Both the position numbers and the translations under genes were made by a program. Of a DNA stretch of 64,000 bases, positions 49,127-58,487 are shown piece after piece. The stretch lies in IMG/VR virus record IMGVR_UViG_3300033145_003233, positions 483,944 to 547,943 of that record. One strand, given 5' to 3'. The notes below the pieces were generated by a model, which did not search any database, was not told where the DNA came from, and saw only the letters and a program-made list of their open reading frames with translations. Numbering within the stretch: position 1 is the first letter of the stretch; the number at the start of each line of letters is the position of its first letter.

Positions 49127-50860
49127 ACTTAGGCTTGAACTACTTTGGCTTGAGCTACTTGAACTTGAGCTACTTACACTAGAACTACTTGAGCTAGAGC
49201 TACTTAAACTTGAACTACTTGAGCTTGAGCTACTTAAGCTTGAGCTACTCAGGCTAGAACTACTTGAGCTTGAGCTACTTGAGCTTGAACTACTTGAACT
49301 GCTTGAGCTACTTTCAATAGGTAGACAACCATTCAAATTTTCAGTTCCACACTCAATTGATGGATTATAGCAATTAAACAGACCATTAACCTCATTGCCA
49401 GTTAGTGCTCTATTAAATAATATTACATTATCAATTTTACCATTGAATAAACCATAATTATAAGGATCAGAGCCAACAACAAAAGCTCCTCCAGAATCAG
49501 CCAAACCATTAGTAGGAGCAGCACTTGCATCATAAGAACTACCTGCTACTGTATTAACATATATTTTACTATTTGTGCCATCATATGTAGCAACAATATG
49601 ATACCAGTCTCCAAGATTATCAGCAGCAAAATCGAACTTAGCTGCTTCATCATAATTATTCCATACATAATTATTTGTTACCCAGAATCTAATTTGATCT
49701 GTAGACAAGGTAGTGGCAGCACTTGCCCAATAAACAGCCCAACCATTGTTCCAACCACTATCAGTTACTTTTGAAACAAAAACTTCTTCAGAATTTAAAG
49801 CATCTGCATTCATCCAGAAAGAAACAGACATAGCGCCAGTTAATTCTATAGAAGAATGAGTTCCCATATTTATAGCATCATTATTGCCTGGAGTAAGGTC
49901 AACTGCATTACCAGTGACTCCATCAACATATGTCTCAACTCCAGAGTTCCCAGTATATTCACCATTATTGCTAGGATTAATTGAATCTGTTAAATCATTA
50001 TTAAATTTCCACTGAGCAAGAGCAGCATCTGAGACATCCCAAGTTCCAAATTCACAAGAAGAACTTGAAGAACTTGAAGAACTTGATAAACTTGAAGAGC
50101 TTGAAGAGCTTGAAGAACTTGAAGCGCTTGAAGCAGTCGGATATCCAGTAACAATCTTTACGGAAGCACCTGTTGTTTTTGTTATTATTTTGCCTCCATC
50201 AGTACGAATCCTTAATCCAGGAGTGGCCCCAGTGTAGATATAAGAATCTCCGAATAAAATAGCGGTCTCTGCATCAATAACATCCCTGCCATCTATAGTA
50301 AATGGCCACCAATGAATTAGCTTTCCGCTACCAGCTCCGACCGTCATGAATTGAGAATTCCTGCCAAGATTATATAAGGAGGTAATCTCACTTTCTGTTA
50401 AATCATCATTAAATAACATTACATCGCAAATATAGCCACTCCATGGGTCCGTCTGGTGAGAACTTGCCCCTATCGACAAAGGGGTTAGCGTACTAGTAGC
50501 GGGATCTACCGCACCCGTAGCTTCTCCATCTATATCTCCATCAACATATATTTTATGATCTGCCCCATCGTATAAAACAACGATATGATGCCAAAGATTA
50601 TCACATACATTAACATTGTGTTCTAAACTTCCAGCATTAACAACAACTTTAATATATCCATCACTAGTTGTTAGTATGTCCCATGCTAGATTACCAGGGT
50701 CATCCCAAAGCCCATATCCAAAAATATATCGCCCTGTAAAGCTCGTCTTGAACCATGCAGCAAAAGATCTGGACGAAGCACCGGCTATGTCATCACCAGT
50801 ATAATCAGGAGTATAGGCGTAATCAGCGCCTCCTGGCAAAACTAAATATCCTCTACTCAT
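49121..50860 (-). CDS. Two-LamG-domain protein with poly-Ser linkers
   Basis: LamG motifs (WHHIVVLYDG..KIYVDG; WYHIVATYDG..KIYVN..FNGKIDNVILFNRAL) separated and followed by Ser tracts. Start refined to MSRGY (SD AGGTG). Confidence 0.85.
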   Translation of the reverse strand: MSRGYLVLPGGADYAYTPDYTGDDIAGASSRSFAAWFKTSFTGRYIFGYGLWDDPGNLAWDILTTSDGYIKVVVNAGSLEHNVNVCDNLWHHIVVLYDGADHKIYVDGDIDGEATGAVDPATSTLTPLSIGASSHQTDPWSGYICDVMLFNDDLTESEITSLYNLGRNSQFMTVGAGSGKLIHWWPFTIDGRDVIDAETAILFGDSYIYTGATPGLRIRTDGGKIITKTTGASVKIVTGYPTASSASSSSSSSSSSSLSSSSSSSSSSCEFGTWDVSDAALAQWKFNNDLTDSINPSNNGEYTGNSGVETYVDGVTGNAVDLTPGNNDAINMGTHSSIELTGAMSVSFWMNADALNSEEVFVSKVTDSGWNNGWAVYWASAATTLSTDQIRFWVTNNYVWNNYDEAAKFDFAADNLGDWYHIVATYDGTNSKIYVNTVAGSSYDASAAPTNGLADSGGAFVVGSDPYNYGLFNGKIDNVILFNRALTGNEVNGLFNCYNPSIECGTENLNGCLPIESSSSSSSSSSSSSSSSSSSSLSSSSLSSSSSSSSSLSSSSSSSSSVSSSSSSSSSQSSSSLSK

Positions 50861-50904
50861 TATTCTCACCTATTATTTTAAATAATATCTTTATTTTTTA
50901 ATCC

Positions 50905-52551
50905 CTAATTCTTTTTAATCCCTAATTTTTCTTGAATAGCTATATAAACTGCTTCATAAGCTGTTATTTTTCCGTCCCCGACCATCTTAATAATAAAGGT
51001 TTCTTTTTCAGAGTTGGTTAAATCTACTTCAGTAAATACAAAGAATTGACCATGAACTGATTCTTCACTTGAACTACTTGAACTACTTAGGCTTGAACTA
51101 CTTGAGCTAGAGCTACTTAAACTTGAACTACTTAGGCTAGAACTGCTTGAGCTAGAGCTACTTAGACTTGAGCTGCTTGAGCTACTTAGACTTGAGCTAC
51201 TTAGGCTAGAGCTACTTGAGCTAGAGCTACTCTGACTTGAACTTGAACTTGAACTTGAACTTGAGCTTGAGCTTGAACTCGAACTAGGTAATAGAGGCAA
51301 ACAACCAGACAATTCTTCTGTTCCACATTCAATTGATGGATCTTGACAATTATAAAGACCTATAACTTCAGTACTGGTTAACGCTCTATTAAATAATATT
51401 ACATTATCAATTCTGCCATCAAATGTTTGATATGTATCCACCATGTCCCCAATACCCATTGCCGCCCCAGAATCAGCTAACCCTCCAGGGTTGCCAGCTG
51501 AAACATCATAAGGACTACCTGCTACTGTATTAATATATATTTTACTATTTGTTCCATCATATGTAGCTACAACATGATACCAGTCTCCTGTATTGTCAGC
51601 AGGAAAATCAAATTTAGCAGCTTCAAGATAATTAACCCATACATAATTATCTGTCACCCAAAATCTAACTTGATTAGGACTTGTTGCATTTGTCCAATAA
51701 ACAACCCACCCATTCTGCCAATTAGCATCTATTTTTGAAATCATTATCGGTTCAGATGTTAATGTATCTGCATTTATCCAAAAAGAAACGGACATAGCAG
51801 CAGTTAATTCTATAGAGTGATGAGTTCCTACATTTATGTGCTCTAAATTCCCAGGATTAAAATCTACTGCATTGCCAGTAACACCGGCAGCATATGTTTC
51901 AACAGTACCAGTTCCAGCATATTCACCATTATTACTAGGATTAATTGAATCTGTTAAGTCGTCATTAAATTTCCACTGAGCAACTGCTGCATTAATAACA
52001 TCCCAGGAACCGAACTCACAACCAGCCGATTCCCATGTTCCATTTTTAGCTATTGTAGCCCAATCTCCATTCTCGTCAGAAATTAATGTGATACAAGAAC
52101 CTATAGTAGAAGATGTCTTATACGCTCCAGTAACTACCCCACTATCATCCCTAATAGTAGAATTGGCCCCAGGGTCAATCCTAAATTCTTCTGACTCCTG
52201 AACTTCAAATGTAAAAACTATTCCTTCCGAAGCTGCTTTTGGCAAAGATAATATTATCAAATCATTTGCCCCAAGATTACTATGTACACTCCCTGATTCT
52301 TCTTCAGTTAGAATATCATTATTAGTATGGAATTCGATTCTTTCCCCCTCCTGATAAGATGGGCTTCCTACAATAAGTTGTTCTAACGTATATGTTCCAA
52401 CCACAGCATCTTTAAAAGTTAAATTAGAAGCTTTACCTTCCCATATTTGGGTATTGATATCATCAAAATATATATTATTTGGACCTTTAACATATAGATC
52501 TTCCGCGACTATTAAATCCCCGTATGTAGTTGTGGTTCTTAATTTAGCCAT
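50905..52551 (-). CDS. Module A + LamG + poly-Ser + C-terminal domain protein
   Basis: LamG domain closely similar to the second LamG of 49121..50860; start refined to MAKLR (TAATG overlap). Confidence 0.85.
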   Translation of the reverse strand: MAKLRTTTTYGDLIVAEDLYVKGPNNIYFDDINTQIWEGKASNLTFKDAVVGTYTLEQLIVGSPSYQEGERIEFHTNNDILTEEESGSVHSNLGANDLIILSLPKAASEGIVFTFEVQESEEFRIDPGANSTIRDDSGVVTGAYKTSSTIGSCITLISDENGDWATIAKNGTWESAGCEFGSWDVINAAVAQWKFNDDLTDSINPSNNGEYAGTGTVETYAAGVTGNAVDFNPGNLEHINVGTHHSIELTAAMSVSFWINADTLTSEPIMISKIDANWQNGWVVYWTNATSPNQVRFWVTDNYVWVNYLEAAKFDFPADNTGDWYHVVATYDGTNSKIYINTVAGSPYDVSAGNPGGLADSGAAMGIGDMVDTYQTFDGRIDNVILFNRALTSTEVIGLYNCQDPSIECGTEELSGCLPLLPSSSSSSSSSSSSSSSSSQSSSSSSSSSLSSSSLSSSSSSSLSSSSSSSSSLSSSSLSSSSSSSSSLSSSSSSSEESVHGQFFVFTEVDLTNSEKETFIIKMVGDGKITAYEAVYIAIQEKLGIKKN

Positions 52552-53312
52552 TATAGCTGTTCTTTTATCTCTCCAAAAACGTACCAATTATCTAAATTTA
52601 ATTGCATATTTGTCATAGAGGCTGCGTCAGTATCGAACATTTTTGATAGCACTCCTATTTCTGGAAGAGGAGATTCAATATGAACATAAGCATCTCCTTG
52701 AATAACACCATGATTAAGACCCTTTTTATCACTAGCATCTACAGTAAAAGGCCACCAAGAAATTAGATTATCATATGTAGAAAGATCTGATACCTGATTA
52801 TTATTAGGGTTCCTGCCTAAATCATAAATCTCTTGAATGTCTGATTGCGTTAAATACTCATCAAAAAACATTACATCAGAAAAATTCCCTTCAAAATCAG
52901 AAGATAAAACAGTCGATACACCCATAACTACAGGGTCAGAAGAACCATCTGAAGCTAATGCACTTAAAGCACCTGAATTATTTGCAACCCCAGCATCAAT
53001 ATATAGATATGCAGTATCATCACTAGTATCAAAAGCTACTGCAACAAAGGTCCAAATGTTAGTAGGTATAATATCTACAGAATCTATAAGGCCTACATGA
53101 GAAGCTACTCTAAGCTTGTTTGACGAATTAATAATAATAAAACGAAAATGAGATATACCACTATCTCCATAATCTAAAATACAACTGTTTTTAGTGGAAT
53201 TCCAGTATACCCAAGCACAAACTGTCCTTGATGCGTTCCCCGAAACACCTGTATAACTAGTACTAATATAATCATCTGAACCCTGTAAAACCAAATATCC
53301 ACTATTACTCAT
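52551..53312 (-). CDS. LamG (concanavalin A-like) domain protein
   Basis: WTFVAVAFD..YLYIDAG..FEGNFSDVMFFD; paralog of the N-terminal LamG of 49121..50860. Confidence 0.85.
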   Translation of the reverse strand: MSNSGYLVLQGSDDYISTSYTGVSGNASRTVCAWVYWNSTKNSCILDYGDSGISHFRFIIINSSNKLRVASHVGLIDSVDIIPTNIWTFVAVAFDTSDDTAYLYIDAGVANNSGALSALASDGSSDPVVMGVSTVLSSDFEGNFSDVMFFDEYLTQSDIQEIYDLGRNPNNNQVSDLSTYDNLISWWPFTVDASDKKGLNHGVIQGDAYVHIESPLPEIGVLSKMFDTDAASMTNMQLNLDNWYVFGEIKEQL

Positions 53313-53324
53313 TATTTTTCCTAT

Positions 53325-54008
53325 TTAAACCAATTTTTTATTATATATTCTAAAATCAAACATCAAACCATTAAAAGCAGTTAAAGCAGAACTATCAGGA
53401 TTATCTCCTATCCTATTAACATCTATATCTCCAGCAAGCACAACTTCTCCAACATGAACAGCATCTAAATAAAATTGAAAAACATTATTGCTAGTATGTG
53501 TAATAACAAAATTAAACCATTTATTAACAGGACAAGAATCTGTTAAATTCACCGCCTCATTACTAGCTGTAGTAGTATAAATAGCTAACTGAGCAGGACT
53601 TTTGAAACTTATTGCTCCACTAGGACTAGTTATAGTGTGATCATCTTGATTACCAGCTATACCATCATCGCCATATGATATTTTGTATCCCCAAAATGAC
53701 CAAGACCATTCTGCCCCATCATTACACTCAACAATAGAATCTAAATTAATTTTATCATTATTATAATTAGTAAAATCATAACACCCTCTATCTCTTGGAG
53801 CAGTATAATTCAACATGAGATCAGCACTAGGAGATGTCACTGTCCCATGATTCATATTGCCGCTTAAATCTCTAGCATGGCCGTCCATAGGCCAATATCC
53901 TATTAGTGCATCTGTAGGACCAACCTCAGAAAAAGAATCGCTGTATATATTCCCCTGTTTATCAATATAATTATTTTTGTCAGAAGCTAAATGTTCTCTT
54001 AACACCAT
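53325..54008 (-). CDS. LamG domain protein
   Basis: LIGYWPMDG...WFNFVITH...FNGLMFDFRIYN. Confidence 0.8.
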   Translation of the reverse strand: MVLREHLASDKNNYIDKQGNIYSDSFSEVGPTDALIGYWPMDGHARDLSGNMNHGTVTSPSADLMLNYTAPRDRGCYDFTNYNNDKINLDSIVECNDGAEWSWSFWGYKISYGDDGIAGNQDDHTITSPSGAISFKSPAQLAIYTTTASNEAVNLTDSCPVNKWFNFVITHTSNNVFQFYLDAVHVGEVVLAGDIDVNRIGDNPDSSALTAFNGLMFDFRIYNKKLV

Positions 54009-55309
54009 AAATTCCCATTTTTATCTAAAGCTGCACTTGTTTTATATAATCTTAATACTTCATCAGCGGAGAATACCTTATTGTAAAGTCTCATATCTGT
54101 TATGTGACCAACATAATCTCTTCCTCCGACTCCAGCTTCTCCCACTGTTATCCCAGATTGCACGTCCATATCTCCACCAGATAAAAGAGTTTTCTGTTCT
54201 TGATTACCATCTATATAAACAATACCATAACTTCCATCATAAGTACAACAAATATGATGCCATACGTCATCAACAATAGAAAATGTAGCATCAGTGTACT
54301 CAACACTTTCGATGTCAACTCCCCATCTTACTGTGGTATTATTTATATGAATACCATAAGAAGATGAAAACGATGAAGAAATGTCCCCATGAAAAACAGT
54401 GTCCGTTCCAGTAATAGAATTTGCTACCTTAATCCAGATACTAATAGTTATCTTATCAACAAAAACAACTGGAAAATCAGTTGAATTAATCTCAATTTTA
54501 ACAGCATCAGCACCCGTAGGAAAATAATAAGAACCAACTCCTTTCCCAGTATCTGATGACCATGTTAATGCATCAGCGCCTATAATAGCATGATGTCCAT
54601 AATCACTACTATCTACAACAACTTCTCCAGTAGCCGTTCTATCTAAATCACATTTCCAATGCAATACTTTTGCTTCTGCTAAATTTTGTATCTCTTGAAG
54701 AGATAATTTATGATCATAAATCCTAACATCATTTATAAGACCTTCAAAACTATTATCAACAGTAGGGCCAGGATAATCTAATTCCCCCCCTATCCCCATA
54801 AAATTACTACTTTCCACATCTGAATTCATCTCCGTATCTTTGCCCAACCCATCAAACTCTCCATCTACATATCCCACAACCTTATCCGTTATAACATCAT
54901 ATATATAACAAACATGATACCATCTATTAAAACTTATAACATGCTCCCCAGTAACTGTTATATTATTGCTATGACCCAATCTCATTCTTTTTATGCTGGA
55001 AACAGTAGCAATGCGCCATAATCTCTGCTGCCATCCGCTTTCATCTCCCTTATTTATAGATACTATTTCTGCCCCACCGACATCAGGAATATTGGTTAGA
55101 TATATCCATGCGCACATAGTATAAGATTTTCCAACAAGATATGGAATGACATCATTTATAGAGACATAAGATCCAGAACCATCAAAGGAACCAGCTTGTC
55201 CTATTATGCCTCCAGTGTCCCATGTAACATCTGTATTTATTCCATGAGCACCATTTATAGAGCTATCATTAACATCCCCATTTAATTTCCACCATCCGAC
55301 AAGAGACAT
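53999..55309 (-). CDS. Tandem LamG domain protein
   Basis: LVGWWKLNG...WYHVCYIYD...FEGLINDVRIYD and a second WHHICCTYDG...ITDMRLYN; start refined to MSLVG. Confidence 0.85.
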   Translation of the reverse strand: MSLVGWWKLNGDVNDSSINGAHGINTDVTWDTGGIIGQAGSFDGSGSYVSINDVIPYLVGKSYTMCAWIYLTNIPDVGGAEIVSINKGDESGWQQRLWRIATVSSIKRMRLGHSNNITVTGEHVISFNRWYHVCYIYDVITDKVVGYVDGEFDGLGKDTEMNSDVESSNFMGIGGELDYPGPTVDNSFEGLINDVRIYDHKLSLQEIQNLAEAKVLHWKCDLDRTATGEVVVDSSDYGHHAIIGADALTWSSDTGKGVGSYYFPTGADAVKIEINSTDFPVVFVDKITISIWIKVANSITGTDTVFHGDISSSFSSSYGIHINNTTVRWGVDIESVEYTDATFSIVDDVWHHICCTYDGSYGIVYIDGNQEQKTLLSGGDMDVQSGITVGEAGVGGRDYVGHITDMRLYNKVFSADEVLRLYKTSAALDKNGNLWC

Positions 55310-55370
55310 ATTTCTCCCCAAAAAAAAGATTCTATACTATTTATTTTCCACTTTAACAACATAAAAACCT

Positions 55371-57692
55371 CTATTCAGATAATAGACTATATGTTAATAT
55401 TTTATCTTCATGCTCTCTTTCATTATAATGCAATCTTATTAACCAATTAATACACTTCTTATCTAAAGCCTTTGCCCACTGATTATGACCTATTTTTGTT
55501 GAATAAATAATTTTATTATTGTCTCTATTAATAAATTCAACTAAATATTTTTCCCATGGATTACCTCCCTTTAATTTAACATAAGGACCATCCCGAAGAA
55601 CACAATTCCAGAATATAGGACGATTAAAAAACTTTATACCATTTTTTTCTTTATAATTTATTATTTTATTAGCGTCACTAAGAATATTAGCTGTCATTTC
55701 ATCTTCATAATATTCTTTTATAGTTTCTTGGGTTTTTTTATTTTTTTCTACATCAGCATAAACAACATCTATATCTAACTCAATAAAACTCCCAGTCAAA
55801 TACCCTACATCTTCCATATAACTATCTGTATGAGCGCTTAAACTCAGATGCCCTAATATCTCATATATTTTTCTACCAACTATTGGAGCAAGATTGGCAC
55901 ATATCCTCTTTCTTTCCCCATCTTTCTCAGAATAAACAACCGGAGCAATAATTGATAAAGTATCTGCTTGGGATTTTATGATAGAATCCCATCCTTTAGT
56001 TTTAATACTAAAATCACCACCATAACAAAGAATAAAATCTCCTTCACTAATAGCCGCTAATTCATTCTGATATTTGAATAAACCCTGATAGCCAAATCTA
56101 GGACCAGTAATAATATTAATGCTAAGCTCATTAATAATTGGATTAGAATTCAACTTATCAATAGTTTCGACATCATCTTCATCCAACCGAATAAAAGCCT
56201 CTACTTCATCTGGATTGTCGGCAAGAGAAAATAAATTATTTAAACTACTTAGCAGATTGTCCACACCATCTATCCCCCTGTGAGGAATAATAGCTGAAAA
56301 TTTCTTTTTATTTTTACCTATTATTTTATCTATTCTTTCAATAACCATATCTGGAGTGATTGTAGTTGTACATTCAAAATCTTTTTTATGAGGGCACCAA
56401 TACCAATCTCCTCTATCAAAAATAATATCTTCATCATTCATACAACCATTACACACATCTGAATTATGTATTCTCTCCACCCCAGATTCAAATTCATTAA
56501 AAGGAGTAGTACATCCTGAAATTAAAATTGTAGGAGTCCCGATAGCCCAGGATAACCACGACAATCCAGAGCTAATTCCTATAAACATATCAGCATATTT
56601 TAAATCAATAATTCTATCTTCAATAGAAATAGGCCCTGTTTTATTTATAATCCCATCAGGAGGAACATTGCCCATATATAATCCCTCTTCCTTAGAAATA
56701 AAAACAACTTCATATCCTTTCTTATTTAAATAATCTATCACTTTTTGCCACCCATCGGGATAATTCCAATATTTACACTGTGCGGTAGCATGTATCCCTA
56801 TGCATACATATTTGTCCTTAATATTTCTTGGCTTACTAGGAATTGTTATTTTTGACCGGATTTCCTTATATTCTAATCCCAATATATCAGAGGCTATCTT
56901 AGGAATAGGGGTTCTTCTCCAATCTTCTTTATTCCTATCAAGATCATTATCCCAACAACCTATTGTATATTGAGCATATAGGTTTTGGACGGGGGAATCT
57001 GGGTCAATAAATTCTATTTCAGGATATTGATCTTCAAATAATTTATTCCAAAATGTTGATAATATCACATGGCATTCATGTTTCTTTCTAAATTCCTCAA
57101 CCTGAGGAAGCCACCCTATATTATCTCCTAGAGATTTACTATCAAAACTGATCAGGACTCTTTTGTTGCTTAAATTAAATTTATGTTCAAATATAGTTGT
57201 GTCATATGTACTTATGCTTAGTAGCCATTCAGTAAAATATTTTCTATTCGGCCGTGCCCAATGATTCGGCATTAATAAATCACTGTATAGAATAGAACCA
57301 TCTGCCGCATCCTTAAATTCAAATTTATAAAGCTTCTGATCTTCACTCTTTAATTCCATATATGCCCCATTAATGAAATTAAATATAACTTTTATATCCC
57401 CATCACCAACAGTAGACTTGGTTATTTTGGGTGTATCATCATAATCTCCTAATAAATCATCATCATCTCTTTCTATATCATAACTAATATAACAATCATT
57501 AACCACCTCTCCACATTCGATAAAACCATCTATATCAATCATCTCTGTTTTTAAGATGTCATTAAACTTACTAGCTATAAATAATTTACAATCATGTTCT
57601 TTTTTATATTCTACAGCTTGGATACACCATCTGAATACTTCTTCAAAATAATTAGATAGTAAATTTATTTGTACATTTTTCCCCTCATGCAT
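55371..57692 (-). CDS. Aah/TibC-family protein O-heptosyltransferase (GT9-like) fused to a GT2-like domain
   Basis: VLISFDSKSLGDNIGW, FIGISSGLSWLSWAIGTPTILISG and four-Cys VCNGCMND...WCP...FEC motif; C-terminal FSAIIPHRG...SEGDFIL. Confidence 0.8.
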   Translation of the reverse strand: MHEGKNVQINLLSNYFEEVFRWCIQAVEYKKEHDCKLFIASKFNDILKTEMIDIDGFIECGEVVNDCYISYDIERDDDDLLGDYDDTPKITKSTVGDGDIKVIFNFINGAYMELKSEDQKLYKFEFKDAADGSILYSDLLMPNHWARPNRKYFTEWLLSISTYDTTIFEHKFNLSNKRVLISFDSKSLGDNIGWLPQVEEFRKKHECHVILSTFWNKLFEDQYPEIEFIDPDSPVQNLYAQYTIGCWDNDLDRNKEDWRRTPIPKIASDILGLEYKEIRSKITIPSKPRNIKDKYVCIGIHATAQCKYWNYPDGWQKVIDYLNKKGYEVVFISKEEGLYMGNVPPDGIINKTGPISIEDRIIDLKYADMFIGISSGLSWLSWAIGTPTILISGCTTPFNEFESGVERIHNSDVCNGCMNDEDIIFDRGDWYWCPHKKDFECTTTITPDMVIERIDKIIGKNKKKFSAIIPHRGIDGVDNLLSSLNNLFSLADNPDEVEAFIRLDEDDVETIDKLNSNPIINELSINIITGPRFGYQGLFKYQNELAAISEGDFILCYGGDFSIKTKGWDSIIKSQADTLSIIAPVVYSEKDGERKRICANLAPIVGRKIYEILGHLSLSAHTDSYMEDVGYLTGSFIELDIDVVYADVEKNKKTQETIKEYYEDEMTANILSDANKIINYKEKNGIKFFNRPIFWNCVLRDGPYVKLKGGNPWEKYLVEFINRDNNKIIYSTKIGHNQWAKALDKKCINWLIRLHYNEREHEDKILTYSLLSE

Positions 57693-57695
57693 GCC

Positions 57696-58487
57696 TTATC
57701 TCCACATATACAACATTTGGATATGATTATTAGCCCCCAGGAATAAAGCATGGGTATGAAAACCTGAAGATAAAAATCTATTCAATAATTGATCTCTCCT
57801 ACTCTTATCAAAGTAAAACATAAAATTATGATATTCCATACATATTTTATTTATTTTCAAAAGATTATGATCAGAGATACCTTTAAAGATGTCTAATTCC
57901 GACCCTTCTGCATCAATCTTTAAGAAATCTATATGAGATTTAATATTATCTAAAAAATAATTGAGAGAAATACATCCGATAATTTGTGTCTCTCCTGTTT
58001 TTGTATTATTAGTATCATTATTTAAAATAGTATGCCCACCAGTATATTTATCTATATTTAAAAAACTCACTTTATTTTCATTAGAAAACCCAAAATTATA
58101 AACTTTTTGATTACTAGATTGATTTCTTTCCAGGCAATAAAAACTTTTTATCTCTGGCTCAAATGAGAATATTTCTCTTCCACCATTCATATAAGCATAC
58201 CTACTGAATATCCCAACATTAGCTCCTATATCAACAACAATATCTCCTTTTTCTACCTTGCATTGATTATAAGAATAATTTTCCTGCTCAAATATTTCTG
58301 CATATATGCAACAAACTGTTTCATAATCTTTTCGATTATCCCATACAAATCCCATGGATTCTTCATATAAATTCATTTTCTTCAAAAAACCATCATCTGA
58401 TACAATCACAAAATCATCATTAGATATAATTGGAGATGGATCTACCACCCTAGTATCTCTATAAACATTTTTTAATTCATCGTACAT
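57696..58487 (-). CDS. FkbM-family methyltransferase
   Basis: VVDIGANVGIFS...FSFEP...IDFLKIDAEGSE. Confidence 0.9.
   Translation of the reverse strand: MYDELKNVYRDTRVVDPSPIISNDDFVIVSDDGFLKKMNLYEESMGFVWDNRKDYETVCCIYAEIFEQENYSYNQCKVEKGDIVVDIGANVGIFSRYAYMNGGREIFSFEPEIKSFYCLERNQSSNQKVYNFGFSNENKVSFLNIDKYTGGHTILNNDTNNTKTGETQIIGCISLNYFLDNIKSHIDFLKIDAEGSELDIFKGISDHNLLKINKICMEYHNFMFYFDKSRRDQLLNRFLSSGFHTHALFLGANNHIQMLYMWR

Noticed and set aside
2858-54279. Other plus-strand ORFs in the track
   Set aside because: All lie antisense to longer minus-strand genes and have no recognisable motifs.
46971-55309. Diversity-generating retroelement acting on the duplicated LamG or D segments
   Set aside because: No reverse transcriptase or Avd in the window; the 115-bp copies are identical rather than adenine-mutated.
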